Positions 29,024 through 43,549 of a stretch of 64,000 bases of DNA are shown here, one piece after another. Below the pieces are notes generated by a model. That model saw only the letters and a program-made list of their open reading frames with translations. It had not been told where the DNA came from and made no database searches. The stretch is from the human T2T-CHM13v2.0 reference genome, Homo sapiens. Where the stretch lies: the NCBI RefSeq assembly GCF_009914755.1, contig NC_060937.1. The stretch is one strand, 5' to 3'. The position numbers were made by a program, and so were the translations under genes. How positions within the stretch are numbered: position 1 is the stretch's first letter; each line of letters begins with the position of its first letter.

Positions 29024-29401
29024 AAACATAAACGTTGGTGCAAAAAAGCATATAAAACTGAGTATAGTGGTACTGTTCTACCATAATTAGAAAGGTCAAA
29101 TAGAGGGAAAACTAAACAATATAATGTTAGGAATATATACATATGTGGAAAAATTATCTTAGGAAAGGATAAGCACAAATGCATAAATGCATATTATTGC
29201 TGTGCATGGAGTCAGGGGAAGTGGCTTCCATTTTGCATGTGTTTGGTAAAGTTCTGCTTGTTAAGTAGGGTGATAGGTTCATGAGTAGTTTATTATTATG
29301 CTTTACATTTTACATGTATATTAAACATAGACTTTTTATAAAGCAAATATTTCTTTAATAAAAAATCTTATAGGCGCCTATAAAGGAACGTTGTACTGGG
29401 C

Positions 29402-29428
29402 TTTTTTTTTTTTTTTTTTTTTTTTTTT
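29402..29428. repeat. poly(T) tract
   Basis: Uninterrupted T run. Confidence 0.95.
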
Positions 29429-30724
29429 GGCTTAGTGACAGCTTTTAACATAAAATATTTCTTCCTGAAAGTCTCTCTGTTCCTTTTTCTTTAGTAACAC
29501 TCTTTCCTCTTTTATCCTTGTCCCACATGTATTTTTCACAGCTTCTAATCCATTAACCACTCTGACATATGGATTTAAATGCCCTTCTTATTACACTCTA
29601 TAGGATCTAATTTCTCTGGGTCCAATTTTCCCAACTCTGTCTCATAACTGGTAGCTTTTTCTATAACCTTTATTTTCAGCCCCCTCATGTGGTTGTAATG
29701 CCATTCTCCTTTCTCTCATCTCGCCCTGACTCTGAACTATGTCCCGGGAGAGTGCGGTATCATCCCCTGTTGCCTCCTTCGGCTTTGATTACTTCTCCTC
29801 TTAACCTTGTTCTTTTGGTTAAGCAATTCTTCTTGCCCAATAGTTTGCATCTGTGCCCTTAAGTTTCTTTCCTTCAATTCTCTCTTTGACCTTCTCTAAT
29901 CTGGCTTTTACCCACTTCACTCCATTGAAATACAGAGCTACCAATTACCTCCTCCTCGGGGGCTAAGCCTCCTGGCCTCTGTGCCAGCCTTAGCCTCCTT
30001 GACCTTACATCTGCCTTTGATCTTGTGAAACACTCTCTCTGGGTCAATTGATGGCTCCCACAAGGGCCAGCTGAAGCAGCTGGCTGTCCAGGGCATGTTG
30101 CATGCAGCAAAGTAGCTCCCAGCTAAAGAGGGGAGCTTTGAGATGAGAATCAGTTTTTCATTTGAATGCTGAATGAAGGATTGATCGAGTACGCTGAAGT
30201 ACCTTGAGGAAAGAAAGAGCTGCCAATGATTAGAAAATGAGACCTTCTTTCAAATAATTTTACAGCAATTTAACAAATAGGAGTATAAAATAAAAATTCT
30301 GAAGGAATTTGAATTGAGTCCAAAGTTCACTGTAATAACTTGTCCCTTTTTTTTCTGAGTAGCATATTTGAGTTTTAGTTTTATAAGTAAATATATGAGC
30401 AGCATATTTGGGGTTTCTGTTTGGTTGGTTTTTGCTTAGATTTAGAAAGAGCTAGAAATAATATTTTCTTCTCTAAAATCACACTTTAAAAAAATTTTCT
30501 CTCGACCCTTATGGTATGTTATCGCTTATTAAGACTGGATGTATTATTTATAGTACAGTCTGAGTATCCATTATCTAAAATGATTGGGACCAGAAGCATT
30601 TCAAATTTTGGGTTTTTTAAATTTTGGAATATTGCATATACATAATGAGATATTGTGGGGATGGAATATCAGTTTAAACATAAAATTCATTTAAATTTCA
30701 TATATATATACCGGATACACATAG

Positions 30725-31210
<486 letters not shown>

Positions 31211-31473
31211 TAATAATTTTGTGCATGAAACAAAATTTTGACTGCATTTTGTCTGTGACTCATCACATGAGGTCATGTGTGAAATTTTTCACTTGTGGCA
31301 TCGAGTCAGTGTTCAAAAAGTTTTGGATTTTGGAGGATTTCAGATTTTAGATTTTTGGATTAGGGATGCTCAACCTAGGTGGTGGTTTGAATTTGCACGC
31401 GTTGATAATCTGCCCTTGGACGTTCAAGATAGCCTCTCACAACATATCTCCAAATCACAACTGTTGATTTATC

Positions 31474-31767
31474 TTTTTTTTTTTTTTTTGAGATGGAGTC
31501 TTGCTCTGTTGCCAGGCTGGAGTGCAGTGGCACGATCTTGGCTCACTGCAACCTCGCCTTCAGGGTTCAAGTGATTCTCCTACCTCAGCCTCCGCAGTAG
31601 CTGGAACTATAGGCACATGACACTGCGCCCAGCTAATTTTTGTATTTTTAGTAGAGATGGGGTTTCACCATGTTGGCCAGGATGGTCTCGATCTCTTGAC
31701 CTCGTGATCCGCCCGCCTCAGCCTCCTAAAGTGCTGGGATTACAGGCATGAGCCTCTGTGACCGGCC
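31474..31767 (-). mobile_element. AluSc
   Basis: gatggtctcgatctcttgacctcgtgatc and tgttgccaggc diagnostics; TSD gatttatcttt (31466-31476 / 31768-31778). Confidence 0.95.
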
Positions 31768-32024
31768 GATTTATCTTTCTAAATTTATGCAGTTTAGTTG
31801 AACAGGACCCTTTGCTCTCCCTTATGCCTTTGCTTTCCCTCTTTGGTAGCTCAGTTCCTACAGTTTTTGTCTGCATTTATTTTCCCCCCGACTGAAAGAC
31901 TTCTTCGCCCTCTAATTTCCACTGGTCAAAATTCCTCTCATTATTTGACTAGCACTAGTGCTCAGTTTGTACCTTCCCTGACCTTATTTTGTTTTGTTTT
32001 ATGTACTTGTCATGTTAGTTCTTT

Positions 32025-32920
32025 AACTCTGTATTTTGAAATACTTTCAAACTCACAGAAAAGTTACAAAAATTATACTGAACATACACCCTTTGCACAG
32101 ATACACACTAACATTTGCAATATTTGTTGTACCTTTTCTTTTCTCTGTGTATGTGTGTTATGTATAATATTTCCTTCCTGAACTTCTTTTGAATAGGTTG
32201 CATATGTCATGCCCTTTTATTCCTTAATATTTCAGTGTGTATTTCCTAAGAATAAGGCTATTCATTTATGTAACTGTGGAGATTTAACAATGATATATAC
32301 CTTTTAACAAAGCAGTCTATATTCCAACTTTGTTCATTGTTCTACTAAAGTCCTTTATGATATTTGCTTTTACTTTCAGTGCAGAATCCAGTCTAAGATC
32401 ACATGTTGTATATAGATTGCATTTATTCTAAGTTATGCCATGTATCACTGCAACTAGTAAGCTATCTGGGAGTAGTCATATTAAGAACATATAAATATCC
32501 TGCTCTTCATCACACTCTTCTCCACAGATTTAGCATCCATTGATGATTCTTGCCTGAATCAATCTTTACTATAATAATTGTAAAATGGTTAATTTTCAAC
32601 TTCACTATCCCATCCATATTTATCTGTCTAAATTAACCTGTAAGGAAGGGCCCTCTTCTTTCCCATTTTTATTTACTATCTAATTATTTTCAGTATAGAC
32701 TCACAGATTTCTATTTTCTTTAATGAGTTATGCCCTTATTTACATCCATGGTTAAAATCCTTCTGTATTTGGCCAGTGAAAACCTCTTCAAGCTGGCTTG
32801 TGTATCCTTTCAATATGTCCATAAATGTTTTGATTACTTCCTTACTTTCTGGTATAACAGAATGGTCCAGGCTCATCTTGGACCTTCCCTGCCCCAGCCC
32901 TGAAAGAAGCCATTTATTTA
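32025..32920 (-). mobile_element. L1MC4/5-type 3' fragment
   Basis: ttcaaactcacagaaaagttacaaaa, gtgtatttcctaagaataagg, tttagcatccattgatgattcttgcctgaatcaat motifs. Confidence 0.8.
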
Positions 32921-35900
32921 TTGGCATCACACACATTATTATAAAACCTGCCATATGCCAGGCACTCTGCTAGGCTCCACAGATATGGTGATGGGCCATA
33001 CTAGACACTGTGTTTTTCCTAATGGAAGTAGATAAGACAGACATTAATTTTTTTCTTTCCCCATGCCTCACACTCATTTACCCTGTGTTTTGTGAAGTAC
33101 ACGAATTTCTTACCAATTGGATTAAAAGGTATTGGAATGAGTCTTAAGTTACCTTCTGATAACCTCTAAATTTCTCTCTTGTCTAAATCTAGGGCAATGT
33201 GTTCTTGCAGTCCTATAAGAAATAACTCTGACTCAAAGGCCATATTTGGCTAGCAGAGAAGGTTGTTGTAGAGAGCTTCTGTCCTAGGATTGGAGCCCAT
33301 TTCAGTGTCTCCTGCTCACCTGGCTCCAGGGTCCAATGAAAGGCACGATGCTGGGGTAGAAGACACATCATGTTGGCTGTTAGGAACACAGGACATTGGA
33401 TCGAAACTTTAAGGAGGAGAAAATAATGCCCAAGTCAGAGATCTGGGTTACTCAAGACCAGCATTGTTGAAAACCACAGCTTCCCCAGTCCCATATTGCA
33501 TGATTTTCCATCTTGCCCCATGTGCTACAGTCACATAGGCTTTCTTTACATCCCTTGAAAAAGCCAAGCTCCACCCCACTCCACCCCACCATACCACACA
33601 CAGCCAAGAGTCCCTGTGCTCTCGTGCACACTGTGCTCATCTTTCACATTTATAGCAGCCATTTCTGACCATTCCACCAAGACCCTTGTGCACCCTGTTC
33701 ATTCCTTTAACATTACCTTTAGAGTCAGCAATACAGAACCTTGAAGAATATAACAGGGAGCTTGGATTTTTATTCAAGGGCAATAGACTTTGAAAAAGGG
33801 AACAATCATAACATTTAAGATAATTGACTACAGATGTACCCTCTCACTTGAGCTAAGAAACTTAACAACCTAGAAGAAAATGTTAGTACTCTCACCTCTA
33901 TAATCTAGAAGGCTTGCTTGCAATCTGAAAAACTAGAAATGAACAAATCATTGCACACACATTCAAAATAAATGAAATGTCCCATGGTGAGGCTCTAAGC
34001 AGAACCTCCTGTCTTATCTAAGGATGCTACTTCCTGCTTTGGTCATGCTGTTTGAAAGTTATTAGTGTGACTGGTAGGTACACCTCAGGGACTTTTGAGA
34101 ATGTAATTTACAACATTTAATATAGATGAAATGTGAATGCTTTTCATACCCAGTTGTGCATAGCTGAATGCTTAAGGGTGGAGTGCTGAAAAAGTGTATT
34201 TGTGCTAGCAATGCTAAATCATAAAGACCTTTCTTTATCTCCATAACCCTACCATCTTCTCTTATTATCTGGAAAGTAGTGGGGGACAGCAAAATGTTCC
34301 AAAAGAAATGGTATCTTTGGAGTCTTTTAATCATCTAAAATTTGGGAGTTTGGGATCTTTAAAAAATGTTATCAATTAATCTGGAAATTGAATAGTAAAA
34401 TAATCAAATTTTGATTGCTTTAGTCACCTACAGATAAAAGCATCTATTGGTAAGATTTGAGGGATTTGCTCTTTAAAACATTAGATGAAAAAAAGACTTA
34501 CATAGAATTTTGTATTATTATTTCAATTATAAAAGCAATACACAAAATAAGCTGGTATCTTAAATTGAAAAAATAATGAAATAAGATAAATTTGCTATAA
34601 TCTCACCATCCAAATGTACTAGCAACTATTATCATTTTGATATGTGAATGAGAGAATTAGGGTCAGCCTGTAAAGAGAATTCTACAATCTGACTTTTTGT
34701 CCTTAATTTCTATTCTGAGCATTTCACCTTGTCATTAAATAATCTTCAAAGCCATATTTTTAGTTCCCACATGTAATTTCAGCCTGGGCATACACCTGAC
34801 TTATTTAACAACTTCCTTGTCTTTGCAAATGTACGTTGTCCCCAATTTTTACTTATGATGAATAAGGTTGTAGATTTCTGGTTTTAAAAATGTCAGACTG
34901 ATCACACACACTTTAGCCTTCTGCTTCCCCAAACCCTGCTAAAATACCAGAAAAGGGGCATTAATCCATAAGGAAAAAAAGATAGTGCAAGAGGAGATCT
35001 CAGCAAATTAAAGATTTCAGTGTATTTTTGGAAGATAAAAATAGAAGAGACCTCAGCAAGTTAGAGATTTTAATACATTTTTTGGAAGACAAAGAATAGA
35101 GAGGAGTAACTGACTCAGTAGAAGAAGGCTGCAGAGGGGTGCCAATGGGAAGCCAACAAATTGGTACTAATGAACACTGAGACGCACAGCTCTTTAAAAT
35201 ATTTTGCAATCTCTTTCCTATAAACAACACTTCTAAATATCTCTCTGCAATACCTAGTTAGGAGTGACAATGCGTTTCTAACCTTGATCAAATTATAAAT
35301 CCATAAGCTCTCACAGGGCCATGTGTGAAAGGGACTGAGTGAAGTAGTCAGAAGAAGGAAGACAGTTGTTGGTCACTGGTGATTTGGGGAGGACGTTTAT
35401 TTATAGTGCACAGTTGAAAACAGGGAGTAGGTGCATCTTGCACTTTCATCTTCACCCACTCCTTATCCTTCACTGTGCAATTTCTGATGAGTTCTCACTT
35501 TGATTTATAAAGCCACAATGTGCCTTTTCAGAATAAACACATATTCCAGTCTATAACTCTCTGGAATTTCATTCACTAGACCCCAGCTGTAAGCCCATTG
35601 ACCTTTTTCTTGTGTGCAATGTAGATTCTATATATCTCGTGTTATTCTGTGCATATATTGAAAATGTTTGAACATATAATTTATTAAGTCATGGCAGGAA
35701 CTATAAGTCTTTTTATATGACTTCCAAAGTAGCCCACCTTATACCAGCAAGTTTAATAAAAACTTCTGATGGACAAAATAAGTAGCTCTTATTATATTCA
35801 AATATGGGTGCTTTGTTTTTTTGACACTTTTCCCTGGTGTAGGTAACACCAGACTTGAAGACTTCTTACCTCCATGCTATCATAGCTCTTCTATTACTGC

Positions 35901-36118
35901 ATTTATCACTTCACATTATAACAGTTCACAGAACTGTCTCATACACTATCCTGTGAGATCGCTGGGGTCAGAAACCATATTTGTATTCCTTCAATACACA
36001 TTTTTTGCACCTGCTACATATCACACAGTGTAATAGGAATAAGAAATACAATGATGAACAAGATAAAGTAAACATGGCTTATTTAGGCAAATGCAATGTG
36101 GTCTGAGCCCCAGCCTCA

Positions 36119-36875
36119 TGTATTAGTTAGCTGTTGCCACAGTAATGCTATATAACCATCCCAAATGTCAGTGGCTTACAAGCATTCATTCTCATGCCCA
36201 TGGGTCTGCAGGTTCTCTATACTTTGCTTGATCTTGGCTAGGCTCCAGTGGGAGGTTCTACTTCAGACTGAAGTTTCTCTGGGCATAGTTCCTCACTGTG
36301 AGTTGGGTTCAGGTCAAAGACACTTGTGTGTTAATTCTGGGGCACAGGCTTCTCAGAGCATGCTCTCTGCCTGGTGGATCGCTAGAGCACAAAATGTCAA
36401 ATACATTAGAAGCCTCTGCCCCATGATGTCCATTAACTTTCCATTGGCCAAAGCAAGTCCCATGACCAAGCTCAATGTCAATAGTGCAGGAAAGGCCTGT
36501 TGTAGGAAAGTACTGCAAAGTCACATGATAAAAGATATAGATGTATAATTCTAATATAGGGTTGGTGTCAAGAATTGCAAAAGATGGGCCAGGCACGGTG
36601 GTTGACACCTATAATCCCAGCACTTTGGGAGGCTGAGGTGGGCAGATTGCTTGAGTTCAGAAGTTCAAGACCAGCTTGGGCAACATGCTGAAACCTCATC
36701 TCTACTAAAAATACAAAAATTAGCCAAGCACGGTGTGCACGCCTGTGGTCCCAGCTACTCAGGAGGCTCAGAAGGTCAAGGCTGCAGTGAGCCAAGATCA
36801 TACTACTGCACTTCAGCCTCGGCAACAGTGAGACCCTAAGGAAAAAAAAATTGCAAAAGATGACTCAACCTGCTG
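36119..36875 (-). mobile_element. MLT1H/I-type MaLR LTR (interrupted by Alu)
   Basis: tgtattagttagct.ttgccacagtaatgct start and ccattggccaaagcaagtc.catg motif. Confidence 0.75.
36587..36849 (+). mobile_element. AluJ with an internal right-arm deletion
   Basis: Perfect 14-bp TSD aattgcaaaagatg (36573-36586 / 36849-36862); right arm jumps from ggaggct to cagaaggtcaaggctgcag. Confidence 0.93.
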
Positions 36876-37154
36876 CAGTAGACTACCTTTTTTTGGTTAC
36901 AGAATACAGAGTACATTGTACTCTGTAATGTTCCTCTTTAAATACTCATTGCATTTACAAAGAACTGGCTCAGTATTCACTGCGCTAGTCTTCTGTAAGC
37001 TTTATAAACATAGTGATCCTGTATGTTTTATTCACTAATTATTCACCAAGTTATCCTTTACACGTAGCAGATGCTCAATAAATTAATATTGCATTAAATT
37101 GAATTGGTAAGTGTTATGACCGGGAAATGCAGAGAGCTAATAGATAATGCAGAA

Positions 37155-37396
37155 TAGAGGTTCTTAGTATCACCTGCTCCTTAGAATCAGCTGGGTCCAG
37201 TGTGCTGGCTCTGAAAAAAAAAAAGGAAAAAGAATCACCTGGGGAACTTTCACGACTATCTACGTCTGTGCCTCACCCAGAATAATTAAAGCAGAACTTC
37301 CTGGTCTAAATTACCAAAAGTGGAGCCTGGGCCTTGGTGTATTTCAAATGCATACAAGGTGATACTGATGTGCAGCCAGGCATGAGAATCACCGAC
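37155..37396. mobile_element. MER5A/B (hAT-Charlie) relic containing a micro-insertion
   Basis: ttagaatcacctgggga and aggtgatactgatgtgcagccagg..tgagaatcac MER5 motifs. Confidence 0.75.
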
Positions 37397-40300
37397 CTGG
37401 GGACAACTTACTCAGATTTGGGAAGACTTCCTGAAGGAAGCAGTAGTTAAGCAGAGGCTACGTGTGAACTGTTAAGTAGATACTGGGCCCAGCAGGGGCT
37501 GAGGGTAGGTAGGAGGGGTTTGTAACTGAGGAAGTTGACTGTGCAGATGCACTGAGATAAGAGCGAGCTCCTTGCCCTGATGTCAAGATCACAGTATGCT
37601 AAGTGAGGTAGAACCTAATAACTGTTACTCTAGGCAGAATTCTTAGATAAAACGACCAGAAAAGCTTAGGATTTCAAGGGAAAACTTCCCGACCAGGAGG
37701 CAGAGGTTTCTCAGGAAAGGCTCTGCCCAGTTTGAGTAACTTCCCTTGGCGGCTTGCCAGGGTGAAGCTTTTGTTCAGCACAGCTTTTGCCCGAGTTTAT
37801 TTTTGTAGCTGCTTTTGCTATGCTGAACTCTTTCCAGCTATTCTTTGTTTATGTAACTCTCTAGGCCGCCATCTAATTTCTAGGATATGACAATCTTTCC
37901 ACGTAACATTTTTGTTCATGATGACTGCTGACTTATATTTTAATATTAAGCAGGCAGAGTTTTTTTTTCAAATATCAATATAAGAAATATTTATACCAAA
38001 AACATTTCCGCTTTTTAAAAATCTGGTCTTCAAGCTACACTTCATGTAGCTCAATATTCTCCTTCTACAGTTCCATATGAATTCATTTCACATTCTTTTA
38101 TCAGTAAAAGCTTGTTGTTCTTGTCAAAATGACTTACTTTCTTACATTTGATAATGATAAATATTTATCCATCATGTTTTACTTCTTGTCTTATTTTCCA
38201 GGAAACTCAAAGCTAAAATTGCAGAATTCAATATTAGCCCAGGTTGGAGAATGTCATTCTCTTTCCTAAAAGATTTTAATTCTTTTCTTTTGTCTTTTGC
38301 AACTCTATGTGTGGCTTCTACAGTAATCTACCTTAAATACTTTTTTGAAGCAAGATTACAGATTACCAGGTAAATTACTCAGGCTTATTAGTTGCTACGG
38401 CAAATACCAAGACATATGACTCATTCACTGTCCAGGAATTTTCAATCCACTATATATTCAGAGACAAATTTTCTCTACAAATAAATGTGTTAATGAAAGG
38501 CTTACAATTTTTAGGCCTCAAATTATCTCTGCAATAGGCCTAAAACTAAACGTGTGTTTTCTTGTACTCTTAGATGTTATAACTATTTTTTATTAAAATT
38601 TCTCCAAGCATGCACTGAATATTCTTTTCTAGAAAGACATATGTACAGATATACACCCATGTACAAAGGTAGACCCAGTTGATATTACCACCGTAACATT
38701 GTGAAGGCTGACAAATATGAAATGTTTATTTGTAGCAGTTCCATTTGGAAGGTACATGACACTAACAATAAAATAGTAAATGCATAATTGCTGTCTGATG
38801 CCTTTTTGCAGCTTTCCAGAGACAATGGCATCAATTGAAATTAAGTAATTTTGAACCCTCTCATTTTGCAAGAGAGAAGAAAATCTAAGAAAACTGAGTA
38901 CTGTAAGGAAGATATGAATACAGAATTAAGTAAAACAGGGACTTTCCAAAGATAATTAGGCCATTCCAGATCCCAACATAAGGAGTATCTTCCCATCCAC
39001 CTCCTTCCAATAAAAATCACAATTTTTAAAAACCCTTTAAAAAGTATTTCTTGCCACAGTTCTACCTTCTGAATCCAATTAGCAATTTTATCACTTCATT
39101 TTATTAACATCTATTAATCTTGAAAAACATAGAACTGGCATTCTATCGACCTCTTTCTGGTCTGTATTTATAAGGGAGAAAGCTTCTTACTTCTATTTAC
39201 TAGCATGAAAGAAAAAGAGATTTAAGGCAAGACACTTTGCATAGAAAACTCATAAACTTCCACCTAAATAAGCAGTTATAGAAGAGCAGATGCATCTAGA
39301 TTGCATTGGTAAACAGTTCTCTGTTATAGACCAATCAATAAAGTTAATGCTAATTGTAATGTACTTTTGTCAAATTGCACTTCGTCTTAATTTCTGATTT
39401 ATGGCATTTTCCATATAGTACTTCTGAAAATCTAGAGCTTATTGCAATCAGTCGCTGCTAATGGGAGACTGACAGAAGTGAAATAACATTCTAACCTGAG
39501 TATTCAGATATCACGTTCAATATTCCTGTTGATTCAGAAAGAACTAATGTTTACTAAGCCATCCCCCACCTGCCCCAGACTTCCTGTAACAGCATAAAAT
39601 ACCAGTGAGTCAAGACCAACAGGTCTTGACCCCAGCCACATTTATAGAAAATACCAGAAGCACTTGTCTCAAGAGATAATATCCTTTACAACTGCCTATA
39701 GAAATATTTACAATGCATTGTGGAGTGCATTGATCATTTTGTTCAATAAATTGTGCATTTATAAAATAGAACAAGAATTAAAATTCAATTTTACTATTAC
39801 AAGTGAATGGTTCTGTGGTTGTTCCTTATATGTCAGGTCCTAGTCCTTGGGACAATAGAAGAACTATAGGATCTATCCCATGTTGTTCTAAAGAAATTGG
39901 AAAGTTTCAGAGCTTCCTGCTTCATCTACAGTAGAAGAATCTTATCCTGCCAGATCCTTCTACTACCCAGTATCATGTCAGACTACTGCAAGGCACCAGC
40001 TTGTGCTGGGCAGATTTTTCTTTCTCCAATCTTTTCCTCTCTCTCACTCCCTCTCACACTCTCCCTCTTCTTCCCCCTGATCCTTTCCCACTCCCCTCCC
40101 CTTCTTCCTTCCCTCCCTGGCTCCCTTTCTTATTCTATTTATAAACTATCTGGTTCTCATTTACCTCTATAAACATTTTTGCCTAGATAATTCACATCCT
40201 TTGGGGGGATTAAAAAAACTTAGCAAAATGCCAGGTTCTGTACTAAGACATTTATAGAGGAGAATCTAATAATTTTCTATAGCTGTTCTTCCCAGCATGG

Positions 40301-40958
40301 TATGAAAATGCATTCAGTAGTTTAATTTTCTTTTCCTTCTTGTTGCCAGAATTATTTATTGCTGAAAATTGAGGAGTTGTATTATAGTTATTATTTCTTT
40401 TGATTGGTTTAAAAATTTAGTTTGATAGAAATCTTAAAGAAAAAAAAAACTCACAAAGTTTAAATGTGGTTTGGAAAGGCAACAGAGGGATTTGAAGAGA
40501 ACAGATCTGATGAAAAAGAAAAATGTTTTAGCATTTTCAACCATCCAGAGTAGAATCATTGAAAATCAGGAAGTCTCAGAAGGAAACTCAACAAAGTAAA
40601 AAGGTTTTATAAAAGAATACATAGCTATTTCGAGAGTTGTGTTGGAAAGGATAAGGTGATATTTTTTATCTGAGGCTATAATGAAAAGACCAGAATTACA
40701 GGTGCGATGCCTCTGTGGGAATCAAATTTTTTCCATGACAACAAACGAGATTTCCTTCTTGGCTAAACGCCTTGAAAAGATGTGGAAATACAGAACTGAT
40801 CATACAGAGTTGATTCCATCACAATTTGTGGAAAAACAATATGTAACAAAGGACCAGTGTTACAATGTTAATTGAAAACAGTCCCCACAAAATAATCTGG
40901 ATGACTAGAGCTGAAAGTTTCCCAGGCTATGGCTATAGACAAATGACAACTGCCATGA

Positions 40959-41267
<309 letters not shown>

Positions 41268-41898
41268 GATTATAGCACAATCTATTCATCCTTACTATCT
41301 GTGGAGATTGTTCTACCATCCATTCTGTAGCCATGATTATTGTCAACAGCCTAAGTGAATATGAACGGACAGTATCTTGTGTTGAGGGAAACACACAGGG
41401 ACTGCAGGTGAGCTTTACCTCCTCTGCTCTTCCACTAACTAGTCAGTTGACGTTGAGGAAGCCCTATAAGCTCCCTGTCTCTTTGCTTCTTATTTTCAAG
41501 TAGGAATAACATTTCTGTCTTCTCTACTGCCTTACTGGATTGTTACTATCAAATGATATGAAAGAAGTAGAAGAAGTTTAGAAATATTGAAAACACTTAT
41601 AAACATACAACATTATTAGTATTCGTTGATCAAAGTTGCCAGAGTTTATTCTCACATTTGCTCTGGGCTTAGCTTTTATAGCAAAATATGCCATTGATAG
41701 TAGGTTTATTGTCTTCCAAACTTTATATCAACACATTCTTACTTTAAAAAGAGCAAATTGAGATGGTTTTTGGAAAGGGGGACTTCTCTTTTGTTCTTGT
41801 CTTACTGAAAGTGCAAAAGTCCTATGTAGAGTTTAATTTTTAATTTTTGTGAGTACATAGTAAGTGTATATATTTGTGGGGCACATGAGATACTTTAA

Positions 41899-42543
<645 letters not shown>

Positions 42544-43549
42544 TATAAAATCCTTTCAGGTAGTCTTCTTTGGGTTTAATCTTCTTAGTGTTCTACAACC
42601 TTCTTGTACTTAAATATGGATACTTTCTCTAGGTTGGAAAGTCCTCTAATATTACCCCTTTGAATAAACTTTTGACCCCTATCTCTTTCTCTACCTCTTT
42701 TTAAAGGCCAATAACTCTTAGATTTGCCCTTTCAAGTCTATTTTCTAGACCCTGTAGGCATGCTTTATTGTTTTTTTCTTTTGCCGCCTCTGACTGTGTA
42801 TTTTTAAATGGCCTGTCTTCAAGCTCGCTAGTTCTTTCTTCTGCTTGATCAATTTTGCTATTAAGAGACTGATACATTCTTCAGTATGTCAAATGCATTT
42901 TAGAAACTTTAGAATTTCTGCTTCTTTTTAATTATTTCAATCTATTTGTTAAAATTATCTGATAGAAATCTGAATTCTCTTTCTGCGTCATCTTGAATTT
43001 CTTTGAGTTTCCTCAATACAACTATTTTGAATTCTCTGTCTGAAAGGTCACATATTTCTGTTTCTCCGTAACTGGTCCCTGGTACCTTGTTTAGTTCTTT
43101 TGGTGAAGTCATGTTTTCCTGGATAGTCTGGATGCTTATAGATGTTCATATGTGTCTTAGCATGAAACAATTGGGTATTTATTGTAGTCTTTGCAGTCTG
43201 GGCTTGTTTGTGCCCATCCTTCTTGAGACTTTCTAGATATTCAAAGGAACTTTGGCCCCAAGCCCAGTAATGCTATCATTCCTGCAGACTTATATAGGTA
43301 CTGTGTTGGTGGTCTTGGATAAGATTCAGAATAATTCTCTGGATTACTAGAGACTCTGGTTCTTTTCCCTTACTTTCTCCCAAACAAATGAAGTCTCTTT
43401 CTCTGTGCTAAGCCACCTGGAACTGAGAATGGGGGACACAAGCACCACTGTGGCCACCAACACTGGAACTGCACTGGTTCAGACCTGAAGCCAGCACAGC
43501 ACTGGGTCTCGCCCAAGGCCTGCCGTAACCACTACCTGGCTACCACCTA

